DNA of 64,000 bases. Source: Mobula hypostoma (taxonomy: Eukaryota). Below are positions 23,326-34,579 of the stretch, one piece after another; positions within the stretch are counted from its first letter, which is position 1; every line of letters starts with the position of its first letter. Below the pieces are notes generated by a model. The model did not search any database, was not told the origin of the DNA, and saw only the letters and a list, made by a program, of their open reading frames with translations. The stretch is taken from NCBI RefSeq assembly GCF_963921235.1, contig NC_086098.1, positions 8,432,001 through 8,496,000 of the forward strand, given 5' to 3'. The position numbers were made by a program, and so were the translations under genes.

Positions 23326-23477
23326 TTACCAGATAGGATCATAAATATCCTGACTCAGAAAGGTAAATTTGTTTTATTTAAAATTAAACATTGGTCACGT
23401 TTGAATAAAAGAAACAGAAAGAGAAATGGTGATGCTTCTTCATGATGTCATTAATCAAAGATTATCTGTCAGATGTA

Positions 23478-23955
23478 CGAGGGGTGATTGATAAGTTTGT
23501 GACCTAAGGTAGAAGGAGTCAATTTTAGAAAACCTAACACATTTATTTTTCAACATAGTCCCCTCCTACATTTACACACTTAGTCCAGCGGTCGTGGAGC
23601 ATACAGATCTCTTCTTTGTAGATGTCGGCATCTTGGACCTCCACAGGTGGAGATGAGCTATTAACTTCAAGCTTTCTGCATAATCACTCCAAGAGTTGAC
23701 CTGCACATGCATGTAACGAGAGCTGTATAAATCATCTCCTTCTACCTTAGGCCACAAACTTAACAATCACCCCTGCTGTCGACCACTGCTGGAGGTCCAA
23801 GACGCCGACTTTTACAAAGAAGGGATCCGTATGCTCCACGACCACTGGACTAAGTGTGTAATTGTAGGAGGGAACTATGTTGAAAAATAAATGTGCTAGG
23901 TTTTCTAAAATTGACTCCTTCTACCTAGGGCTACTAACTTATCAATCACCCCTCA
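23478..23955. mobile_element. Mariner-derived foldback MITE with TA target-site duplication
   Basis: TA-CGAGGGGTGATTGATAAG...CTTATCAATCACCCCTCA-TA. Inverted arms of about 165 bp encode the mariner C-terminus FYKEGIRMLHDHWTKCVIVGGNYVEK*. Confidence 0.92.
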
Positions 23956-23959
23956 TACA

Positions 23960-24200
23960 TCAAAACATCAGAACATACGGCGAAATGCATTGTGGTGCAT
24001 CAAATCTGCAAGGATTGTGCTAGGGCAGCCCTCAGGTGTTGCCTTGGTTACAGCACCAACATAGCTTCCTAATCCTAGCCTGCACATCTTTGGAATGTGG
24101 GTGGATATCGCAGCACCTGGGTGAAACCCATTCAGTCACAGGCAGAGCGTACAAACTCCTAACAGACAGCAGTAATGATCACTGGCTCTGCAGCACTACT
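23960..24200 (-). mobile_element. Degraded V-SINE (HE1-like), tail type B
   Basis: Antisense V-domain (CTTTGGAATGTGGG...GTACAAACTCC). Tail resembles that of 54390-54705. Confidence 0.7.
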
Positions 24201-24212
24201 GTTTGATACAAG

Positions 24213-25165
24213 TGCGAGGGGATCCAGCAGTACCCCTATTAACTGTTTGGAGAGAGACATTTATCATTGATGGTTTGTTTGGAAAGGAGAGAGAGACAGA
24301 GTTATTTACCACTGATATGTTGCTTTTGAAAAGAGAGAGAGAGAGACGAAGGTAAACAGTGGACTGTTGCTTTAAGGCATTGGAAGTAACTTTGGATTTT
24401 TGCTGAGTTTGGAGTTAGAGACAGCACCCAGCAACTCGAAGGTTGCTATGGTGACCAAAGGCCGGTTGTTGATATTTCATCCAAGGACTTGTTGCCTGCT
24501 TGTACTCCTTTACAGACAAAGGAGGGAGGGACTCTTTGAATGACAGGTGATGCTCAACCTGGTGAAATAAATGGGAGGTCAAGTGATACAGACATGGGAT
24601 ACATGATCTGGACACGGAATGAGCATTGTTGTGCCTGCAAAGAAAGTGGGTTTTGGAGGATCGATCAGGCAGATCGATCCAAATTGCTATTCCATCGGTG
24701 AAGAAGGGGTTGACTGGTGGGGAGTTGTCTATGTGTCCACCCTCGCCTGGGTGATATCTCCACCACAGGAAAACCGGTCCCCCTGGTTAAAGTCACAGTC
24801 GGTGACTTGTAAAGGATTTCGGAGGACAACGAGAAGATCGATGGCATCAGCTCACCTGAAGACTCAACTCACTCTCTCTCCATCACTACTCAACTAAACA
24901 CCATGAACTGAACTGAACTGAACCTTACTCAACATCGTAAGACTGTATCTTTTTACCCCTAGACTTAACGAAGCTTGGTTTTTTCATACATATATATTCC
25001 ACACTTACTTCTATATATAATCATTGCTAACCTGTTTGATTTATCTACATTTATATTACTGTATTGCATAGTTACTAACAAATATTATTAGTTTATAGCA
25101 ATACGAGACTCCAAAGTGTTTTCCATCTCTGCTGGTTCTTTATCCCCGTCACGGGGTCCGTGACA
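24213..25165. mobile_element. Solo LTR, 953 bp, with 4-bp TSD CAAG
   Basis: CAAG (24209-24212), then TG...GTGACA, then CAAG (25166-25169). No internal coding sequence. Confidence 0.85.
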
Positions 25166-25599
25166 CAAGTCCTCCTTCTCATTTTGTTCACGTGATCATC
25201 TGCTCCTCCTGATTAGAAACAAGGTCAAGTCAAAATGTGAACTTTTCATGTTTTCAGTGAAATCTGATTTGAGAGGTAATTGAGAGCAGGTTACTGCTGT
25301 CATCTGAAATAGCTGCTAATAAGCATGAAAATGAGTGAGACCTGAAGGTGAGAGAAAATATTGCAAAAGATCTAAAATGTTTTCTTTATTTTGCCTTTTC
25401 CTTAAACAATGGCAAAAGGAAGCTCTCAGTGTTTTATAAGAATGAGATCTATCTGCTGAAAATCTGAAATAAATATTATTCTGTTGCTTGACTCACTTTT
25501 AGGTCTTTTCTGCACTTTCTGCTTTTTATAAACACAGAGATCCTACAGACGCTGGAAATCTTGAGCAATGCATTTGGACATTACTAAACAGTCAACGTT

Positions 25600-26185
25600 T
25601 ATAATCTGCAAACTTTGCAACAAAACCATCAATATTATCATCATTCAAATCATTGACACACAATGTAAAAAAAAAATCGGTCCCAACACAGACCCCTGTG
25701 GAACACCACTAGTCAATGGCAGCCAACCAGAAAGGGTTCCCTTTATTCCCACCCTTTGCCTCCTGCCAATCAGCCACTGCTTTGTCCATGCTAGAATCTT
25801 TCCTGGAATATCATGGGATCATAGCTTGATAAGCAGCCATATGTGTGGCACCTTGTCAAAGACCTTCTGAAAATCCAAGTACACAACATCAACCAATGAT
25901 CCTTTGTCTATCCTGATTGTTATTTCTTCAAAGAATTCCAACAGGTTTGTCAGGCAAAAATTTCCCTTGAGGGAACCTTGTTGACTGCAGCCTATTTTAT
26001 CAGGTGCTTTCAAGAAACCTGATACTTCATCCTTAATAATTGACCCCAACATCTTCCCAACCACTGACGTCAGACTAACTGGTCCATAATTTCCTCTCTT
26101 CCGCCTCTCTCCTTTCTTGAAGAGTGGAATAACATTTGCAATTTTCCAGTCTGCTGAAACCATTAAAGAATCTAGTGATTCTTGA
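25600..26185 (-). mobile_element. CR1 LINE RT fragment
   Basis: Minus ORF DWKIANVIPLFKKG...GNYGPVSLTSVVGK...DFQKVFDKVPH. Confidence 0.92.
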
Positions 26186-26224
26186 AAAGAAGACAAACTG
26201 TGCAATAAATGAATAAATTAAATA

Positions 26225-26400
26225 GAAAAAGTAGATAGATAAGTAAATTGATAGATAAACAGTTAGAGAGACAGGTAGATAAATAGATAGATAAACAGAT
26301 AGATTGATAGATAGATCGATAATAAATAAATACACAGATAAATATATCAATAAAGAAATTAATTAGTAAATACGGTAGATGGATAGATAAATGAGTAAAT
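26225..26400. repeat. Degenerate (AGAT)n/(AAAT)n microsatellite
   Basis: GATAGATAGATAG and ATAAATAAATA runs inside a LINE 3' UTR fragment. Confidence 0.85.
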
Positions 26401-27709
26401 GAATGAACGAATTATACTGAGAACTTGTGTTGTAGGCTCTTTAACAGTGAGTCCATAGATGGTGTCCTCAGGGGTGGTGGTAGAGGCAGATACAAGAATC
26501 CAAGCATCTGGGTACCTGTCTAAGAGTCTGATAAGTGACATTTATGGGACACTTAGACAGGAACCCAAATGAAAGAAAAACAAAGGGTTTTGTGGTCGAG
26601 AAAGGCTAGATTGATCTTGTAGTAGGTTACATGGCTGGCCCAGCTTTGTGAACTGAAGGGTGTTTACCATGCCGTAATGGTTGGTCTATATTCCATGTTC
26701 TGCCAGTCCACCTCACGGTGACCCATGCACAAGCACTTCATCTGATGATCTGCTCTGCACTTTCTCCACAGCTCCTACTCTACGTCCTGCATTCTGTCTC
26801 CCTATGTACTACCTTAATGTAGTTGTGTATGTGCCTCTGATCTCCTGGATGGTCAGCACACAAACAAAATGTTGTCACTGTGTTTCATATTATGTGACAA
26901 TAATAAACTCACAAACCAATGCCACGTCTGAGCTTTTTTTCCTTCAATGCTATTTTCAAAGTTCAAAGTTCATGAAAACTTATTATCTGAGTGCTTAAAT
27001 GTCATCATAAACAATCCTGAGATTCATGTTCCTGTGGTCACATGCACAGTAAATCCAGGAAACATAATAGAATTAATGAAAGACCATACCCTACAGGAGT
27101 GCAAAAGACAACAAACTGTGCAAATACAGAATAAATAATTATTTAATCAAACAAACAAATAAATAAATAAATAAACAAGCAATGAATATTGAGAACATGA
27201 GTTGCAGAGTCCTCGAAAGTGAGTCTGTAGCTTGTGGGAACAGCTCAGTGAAAGGGCGAGTGAAGTTGAGTGAACTCCAAGAGTCTGATGGTGAGTGATA
27301 ACTGGTGGTGTGAACCCTGAGGCTCCTGTATTTTCTTCCCAATGGCAACAGAAAGAAGAGAGCACGACTTGGGTCATGGGGTGCTTGATGATAGAATGTG
27401 CCTTCTATATAGATATGCTCAATGGTGGGAAAGGCGTTATGCCATTTTCCACAACTAACAATTCTTTTCATATTCAAATCTATCAACTTTGTAGATATAT
27501 CCCAAGACTGAGTGTGTTAAGCAAAAAGTTCTGAAGATTTATTACTCTTTCATGAAAAAAATCCTTCTAAGTGAATCTCTGTTCTGAATGGCCAGCCCCC
27601 TTGCTTGGGTCTGTAGCCATTTTCTGTCTGGCAAAATCAGCTCTACATCTACCCTGTCCTTCAGTGAGAATTTTGTCAAAATTATTGACTGTTTTCTGTC
27701 AAAATCAGC

Positions 27710-27992
27710 TCAGCAGTGTCACAACGCTTTACGTCACCATCGACCCAGGTCCAATTCCTGTCACTGTCTGTGAGGAGTTTGTACGTTCTCCCCGTGACCG
27801 CATAGGTTTCCTCCAGGTGCTCCAGTTTCCTCCCACAGTCCAAAGACTTACAGGTTGGTACTTTGGTGGGTTAATTGGACATTGCAAATCGTCCCGTGAT
27901 TCGGCTAGGATTAAATGGGGAGATTGCTGGGCAGCGCGCTTTGAAGGGCAGAAAGGTCCTATACTGTGTTATATCTCAATAGATAAATAAAT
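27710..27992 (+). mobile_element. V-SINE (HE1-like) with CR1-type tail
   Basis: GGAGTTTGTACGTTCTCCCCGTG...TTTCCTCCCACAGTCCAAAGAC V-domain, then a GAAGGGCAGAAAGGTCCT tail and AAAT repeats. Confidence 0.85.
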
Positions 27993-28295
27993 ATGCACAG
28001 AGCAAGAACGATAATGAATAGGAAGGATTAATTGTGTTAGTCACAGTACATGCTGGGAGTGAAGAACTGGGCCTACCAAGATGAAAAATGTGCTCACTCA
28101 AAAACTCATGCAAAAAGAGGGTATGTAGGAGGCTCATTACTTCACCTTGCAATCAATCAGTCACATATGCACTTGCCACATTCTCACAATAAATACGATA
28201 CAGTTAATCTTCTTCATTCTCTGTCAGTTCACAAACACAAAGAAGAGACATTAAACACAACCTCCACATCCTCTCTCAGACAGACATGAAATAGG

Positions 28296-29022
28296 TATTT
28301 TGAGGAAGAGGGTAGGATTTAGTTAGACAACATCACTAAGACATACTCTCTGACCATTATCAGAACCAGGTTTAACCGGGGAAGCGCAGAATCAAATATC
28401 GCTGTGATGATTGTACGTTCTAGTACCAATTGTTTGGCGAAAATAAAGCATAAAGTATAAAGTATAGTATCACTGGCATATGTCGTGAAATTTGTTGTTA
28501 AAATGGCATGAGTACATTACAATACATGTAATAATAACTGTAATTTAACTGTAATTTCTTAATGCATGCATTACTAAATGACAATAAAAGAGGACTACGT
28601 GTCTTCATAATCATAATCATAAATATATATATTTTTTAAAGGTTAAATTAAATAAATAGTGCAAAAGGAGAGGTTCATGGGTTCAATGTTGGCTCAGAAA
28701 TTTGATGGCAGAGGGAAAGAAACTATTCCTGAATCATTGAGTGCAGAGTATGAACTAGCTGCTGAGGCTCCTACATAACAGTACAGCGAACACTTCAAAA
28801 GCTTTTCATCGATGCTAGAATGTGTGGCAACACTCGCAGACGACCCCAGTTAAACCCTTGGGTGTTCTGGTTGTTAATGTAAACAACTCATTTCACTGTA
28901 TCTTTCAATGTGCATAAAATAAATAAACCTGAATATTGAATCTTCAATCTTGACTGTAGACCACCCTTGGATATCCCTAATTTATGAAAGGCACCATAAA
29001 ATGTCTGGTTGTTCTTTGTCTC
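28296..29022 (+). mobile_element. Ancient Deu-domain SINE remnant (SacSINE1-like) in three pieces: 28296-28362, 28745-28815, 28952-29022
   Basis: TATTTTGAGGAAGAG...CAACATCACTAAGACA, then GCTGCTGAGGCTCCTACATAACAGTACAGCGAACACTTCAAAAG, then TTGGATATCCCTAATTTATGAAAGGCACCATA. These match the Deu-SINE consensus as I recall it, in order. Confidence 0.55.
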
Positions 29023-29399
29023 CTTGGCAGTAACACATTGGATGAGGTACTGGGAAAACTGATATACATTATATGAAGTAATAAGGTCTCACATGGCTGA
29101 CAAAGTCCCTAAAATTAGAGTGGAGTTGAAGAAACTGTTAAATACTGTCCCCAGGACTTAAAATGACAGAGTGCAGAGGTCAGTTTTAATCGTTATCTTC
29201 AATTTATTTAATGGAATTTTGCCAGGGGCTTTTTTTCTCCACATTATTATCTCTCATGGCTATTAATAAAGTTATCAATAATTAATCACCATAACCAAGG
29301 CTATTGGTCATGATGCTTTATTAACACAAAAAAGTGGTATCTCATCTGATAGCTCTCATTCAAAGAAAACAATTAGAATGTGTAACCAACACACACACT

Positions 29400-30420
29400 C
29401 AATATGTGTACCCCTTGTGAGTATACGTTTGTGGTCTTCTGCTGCTGTAGCCCATCCACTGAGGTTTGAGTTGTCGTGTGTTCAGAGATGCTCTTCTGCA
29501 CACCATTGTAGTAACACATAATTATTTGAGTTAATGTCACCTCCCTGTCAGCTTGAACCAGTCTGGCCATTCTCCTCCGACCTCTCTCATTAACAAGGCG
29601 TTTTCACTCACAGAACTGCCACTCACCGGATGTTTTCTTGTTTTTCTCACCGTTCTCTGTAAAGTCTAGAGACTGTTGTGTATGAAAATCCCAGGAGATC
29701 AGCAGTTTTTGAGATACTCAAACCACTCTGTCTGGCACCAACAATATTTTCGTGGTCAAAATCACTTGGGTCACATTTCTTCCCTGTTCTGATGTTTGTT
29801 CTGAACAACAACTGAACCTCTTGACCATGTCGGCATGCTTTTATGCTTTAAGTTGATGCCAAATAACTGGGCTAAAGACTGCTGGCCATGAACATCCCAG
29901 GAGATCAGCAGCTTCTGAGAGATTCAAACCACCCCATCTGGCACCAATGAGGTACCATAGTGGTTGTCACAACACCTAGTAGTACCAGCAACCCAGGTTC
30001 AATTCCCACTGCTTCCTGTTGGAGTTTTGTAAGTTCTCCCTGTGAACGCATGAGTTTCCTTCAGATACTCGGGTTTTCTCCTACAGTCCAAAGGCGTGCC
30101 AGTGGGTAGGTTAATCTGTCGTTGTAAACTGTACCATGGTTAACCTAGGGTTAAATCAAGGGTTTCTGGGTAACTCAGCTCGGAGGGCCAGAAGGACCTA
30201 CTCCGCATGAAATCTCAATAAATAAGTTTTAATAAACAAACATTGCATGGTCAAGGTCACTCTGATCACAGTTCTTCCCTGCTCCGATGTTTGGTCTGAA
30301 CAGCAACTGACCTTGTCTCAATGATTTTATGCATTGGGTTGCTGCCACATGATTGGCTGATTAGATATTTGCATTAATGAGCAGGTGTACAGGTGTACCT
30401 AATAAAGTGGCCATCAAGTG
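29400..30420 (-). mobile_element. Non-autonomous Tc1-like transposon with a nested V-SINE (about 29950-30230, plus strand)
   Basis: Ends GTGTACCTAATAAAGTGGCCATCAAGTG-TA (TIR). Has an internal duplication of ATCCCAGGAGATCAGCAG...GGCACCAA. Confidence 0.85.
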
Positions 30421-31269
30421 TAGTGACTGACCATTTAAGATGAGTGAGACACAATCAGGTTATGATTACAGCCCAAGGTTATAGCAATTTTCTCTTGATG
30501 TTTTATTGATGAGATGCAAGGAGTGGGGACGGAGCATTGAATTTCTTTGCACATGCTTTTACTTTTTAATATAAGATTATCACTGTAATCTCACGTGTAA
30601 ACAGATGGAGTCTCGGAGGATGTAGAGAGTTATCCTGCATTAGCAAAGAATATGTATTAAAATTAATCTGATTTATTAATTATACAACAGCTGTACTAAC
30701 ATAAAATTACTGGTTACTTAGAATTCAAATTTTTGTAGTGTTGTTTTTTCTTTCCAATTTTATACATTGTGCATTCGACTGAGGACCTTTATGCAGTATA
30801 ATAGCCTCAAATAACAGAGCAGCACAAGAGCAGCCTCTTTGGCCCACAATTAAGATTTCTTCAAGGAGCGATGCCTCGAACAACAGCATTCATCATTAAG
30901 GACCAATCAACCATTCAGGAACAGCTTCTTCCCCTCGGCCCTCAGATTTCTGAACGGACATTGAACCCATGAACACTACCTTACTATGATTTTTTTTCTC
31001 TCTTTTTGCAGTACTTATTTAATTTAACATATAACATTTTCTGTAACTTACAATTTTTTTACATTATTTTGTATTGCAATGTACTGTTGCTGCATAACAA
31101 CAAATTTCACGACAGAAGTCAGTGATATTAAACTTGATTTGTGATTCTGATTACCTGAATTTTAGACAATTTCATGCACTGTGCAGTCAACTGAGGACCC
31201 TTATACAATAACTTCAGTTAAGATCTGGCTTCAATAACTGCAATAGCTTCAACAGATTCAATTAAGAGG

Positions 31270-31515
31270 CGGGGCAGGTGTGTGGCGGTTAGCATAACAC
31301 CAACGCAATAGCAGCAGCCTGGATTCGGTTCCCAGCACTGCCTCTAAGGACTCTGTACGCTCTTCCCGTGACCGTGTCGGTTTCCACCAGGTGCTCTGGT
31401 TTCCTCCCCCAGTCCGAAGGTATATGGGTTTGTAGGTTAATTGGTCACATGGGTGGAATTTGGTGGTGTAGGCTTGTTGGAGAAGGGCCTGTTACAGCGT
31501 TGCATCTCTAAATAG
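31270..31515 (+). mobile_element. V-SINE (HE1-like)
   Basis: tRNA-like head, V-domain GGTGCTCTGGTTTCCTCCC, and GAAGGGCCTGTTAC tail. Confidence 0.8.
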
Positions 31516-31864
31516 TTTTATCCCAAGTGGGTTGTTTTGATGGGGAAGAATGTATGGGGAGGTTGGTTAGAGACTAACTAGTATTTAAAGAAATGAAAAG
31601 CATTTGAACTTCAATTACAGATTGTATATTCCATAAAAACTCAGGCATCATGATCTTTAGCATTTGGCATACTAAATGTATGATATGGCATTTGGTGTTT
31701 CATGTTTCTTTTCTGAAATCAACGTATAATGTTATTCCCATGCTTACAGCAAGCCAACTCTGTAATACTTAACTCAGAGAGCAAACACACAAATTAAAAC
31801 TGAAGCGGGTGTTAACTTAGCAGCTAGAGTACTTGTGTGTCCTTTGAAAGCTCCTCTCCTGGAA

Positions 31865-33280
31865 TAAGATCATAAGACCATCAGAATTAGGCCATCGAAT
31901 CTCTCCACCATTCAATAATGCCAGATCCTTTTCTCCCCTCCTCAACCCCAATCCCCGGCCTTCTCCCCGCAACCTTTGATGCCATGTCCAATCAAGAACC
32001 TATCAATCTCTGCCTTAAATACACCCAACAACCTGGCCTCCACAGTTATCTGTGGTAACAAATTCCACAAATTCACCATGCTCTGGCTAATGAAATTCCA
32101 CATCTCTATTTTAAATGGACGCCCCTCTATTGTGAGGCTGTGCCTTCTTGTCCTAGACTCCCCTACCATGGGAAACATCCTTTCCACAACTACTCTATCT
32201 AGACCTTTCAACATTCGAAAGTTTTCAGTGAGATCCACTCCCATCCGTCTAAAATACAGCAAGTACAGGTCCAGACCCCTCAAATGTTCCTCATATGATA
32301 ACCCTTTCATTCCCGGAATCGTCCTTGTGAACCGCCTCTGGACCCTCTCCAATGCCAGCACATCTTGTCTCAGATGAGGAGCCCAAAACTGTTCCCAATA
32401 CTCAAGGTGAGGCCTCAGCAGTGCCTTATAAAGCCTCAGCATCACATCCTTGCTCTTGTATTCTAGACCTCTTGAAATAAATGCTAACATTGCATTTGTG
32501 TTCCTCACCATCGACTCCACCTGCAAGTTAACTTTTAGGGTGTTCAGCACAAAGACTCCAAGGTCCCTTTGCATCTCAGATTTTTGAATTTTCTCCCCAT
32601 TTCGAAAATAGTCTGCACATTTATTTCTTCTACCAAAGTGCATGACCATGGATTTTCTAAAATTGTATTTCATTTCCCACTTTCTTGCCCATTCTTCTAA
32701 TCTGTCTAAGTCCTTCTGCATCCTACCTGTTTCCTCAACACTACCTGCCCCTCCACCAATCTTCATATCATCTGCAAACCTGGCACAAAGCCATCTATTC
32801 CATCATCTAAATCATTTATATACAGTATAATAAGTGGTCCCAACACTGACCCCTGCAGAACACCAGTGGTCACTGACAGCCAACCAGAAAAGGATCCTTT
32901 TATTCCCACTCGCTGCCTCCTACCAATCAGCCAATACTCTAATCATGCTAGTAACTTTCCTGTAACACCATGGGCTTTTAACTTGATAAGCTGCCTCATG
33001 TGTGACACCTCGTCAAAGGCTTTCTGAAAGTCCAAACATACAACATTCACTGCATCCCCTTTATCTATCCTACTTGTAATCTCCTTAAAAAATTTCACCA
33101 GGTTTGCCAGGCAGGATTTTCCATTAAGGAAACCATGCTGACTTTGTTCTATCTTGTCACTCTATCACCTTATCCTTAACAATTATCTCCAACATTTTCC
33201 CACTGAGGTCAGGATAAGCAGTCTATAATCTCCTTTTTGCTGTTCTCCTCCTTCCTTAAAGAGTTGAATGACATTTGCAA
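31865..33280 (-). mobile_element. CR1 LINE RT to 3' end
   Basis: Minus ORF 31942-32766 (274 aa, CR1 ORF2 C-terminus), with decayed RT upstream. Confidence 0.95.
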
Positions 33281-34579
33281 GCAAGTTTCGTTGGTAAGGC
33301 CAGGAGGATTATTTATACAATCGCACATAAATGCGTAATTCAGATAAACCATGGACTTCATGAAGTTTACACATTCTCCCTGTGGGTTTCCTCTGGTTTC
33401 CCTGCTTTCCTTCCACTGCCATTCCTAATACGTACGGTTGGTATGTTGATTAGAGGAATGTATGGGGGTGGATGGTAGAGGTGGGTGGTTTTTACACAGA
33501 GGGTGGTCATGTACTGTCGGGGTGGATGGTAGAGGTGGGTGTTTTTTACACAAGGAGTGGTCAAGTACAGTCAGGGGTGGTAGTAGAGGCTGATACATTA
33601 GGGGCATTTAAGAGACTCTTAGACACGAGGATGATAGAAAATGGCGCATTGAAACATATTGTGAAATGCATCATTTGCGCTAACAAACAACATACCCAAG
33701 GGTTTACTGGGGGCACCCTGCAAGTGTTGCCACAAATACTGTTGTCAATGAAAAGCTTTTGAAGTGTTAACTGTACTGTAATGTAGGAAGCCCAACAGCC
33801 AGTTTATACACTGCACTAACGATTCAGCAATAGCTTCTTCCCCTCTGCCATTGAATTTCTGAATGTACAATGTACCCTTGAACACTACCTCACGACTTTT
33901 TTCTTCTCTTTTTGGCTATTTAACTTAAATAGATGGAAGTGTTAGATTGATCTTGGAGTAGTATGTTCTGTGTTCTATATTCTGTATTCTAAAAGCTAAG
34001 TGATATTGTCATGTGAATTGACACTAAGTATTAGGAATTGAATAGAGGATGTTATAACAATTAATTTGAAGTTTCAGCTGACCATTACAAACTACTGAAG
34101 TTTTACCTTTGCAGTCCATGGTTTACCTGATTTCTCTGAAGTTAATATCTATCACGTTTGTTGAATGTATATTTTGTTTGATTGTAATAATAAACGTTTT
34201 GGACTTACCAGAGTAAAAGGCTTTTTTACTAAAAGGCTTTTTACTCCATCTAAAAGGCTTTTTGTTTACTTGTAGGTGGCATGGTAATGTTACAGTGAGG
34301 GAAACACTTTCCAGCGCCCGTGATTCATCTCTCATCCTCATTCAGAACTCATCCTTCTTACTTGCTATAATTCTGGCCACTGTGTGTCAGTTTGCCCCCG
34401 GACTTTGTCTACAATTATGCTGAAGGATCATTAAGTGTGAAGTAGATCAGAATAGTGCATAGAATAGATTTGTCACATGTGCATTGAAACATCAAAATGC
34501 ATTGTTTGTGTCGATGACCAACACAGTCCTTGAATGTTCTCAGGCAGCCTGCAAGTCAGAGAGTCATAGAGAAGTCCAC

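Noticed and set aside
26075..26350. YLSI-repeat ORF
   Set aside because: It is a translation of an (ATCT)n microsatellite.
28048..28120. Possible exon YMLGVKNWAYQDEK... ending at a GTATGT donor
   Set aside because: The polypyrimidine tract is weak and I recognise no protein.
34276..34283. 8-nt microexon GTGGCATG between TTGTAG and GTAATG
   Set aside because: It is not frame-preserving and is easily explained by chance.
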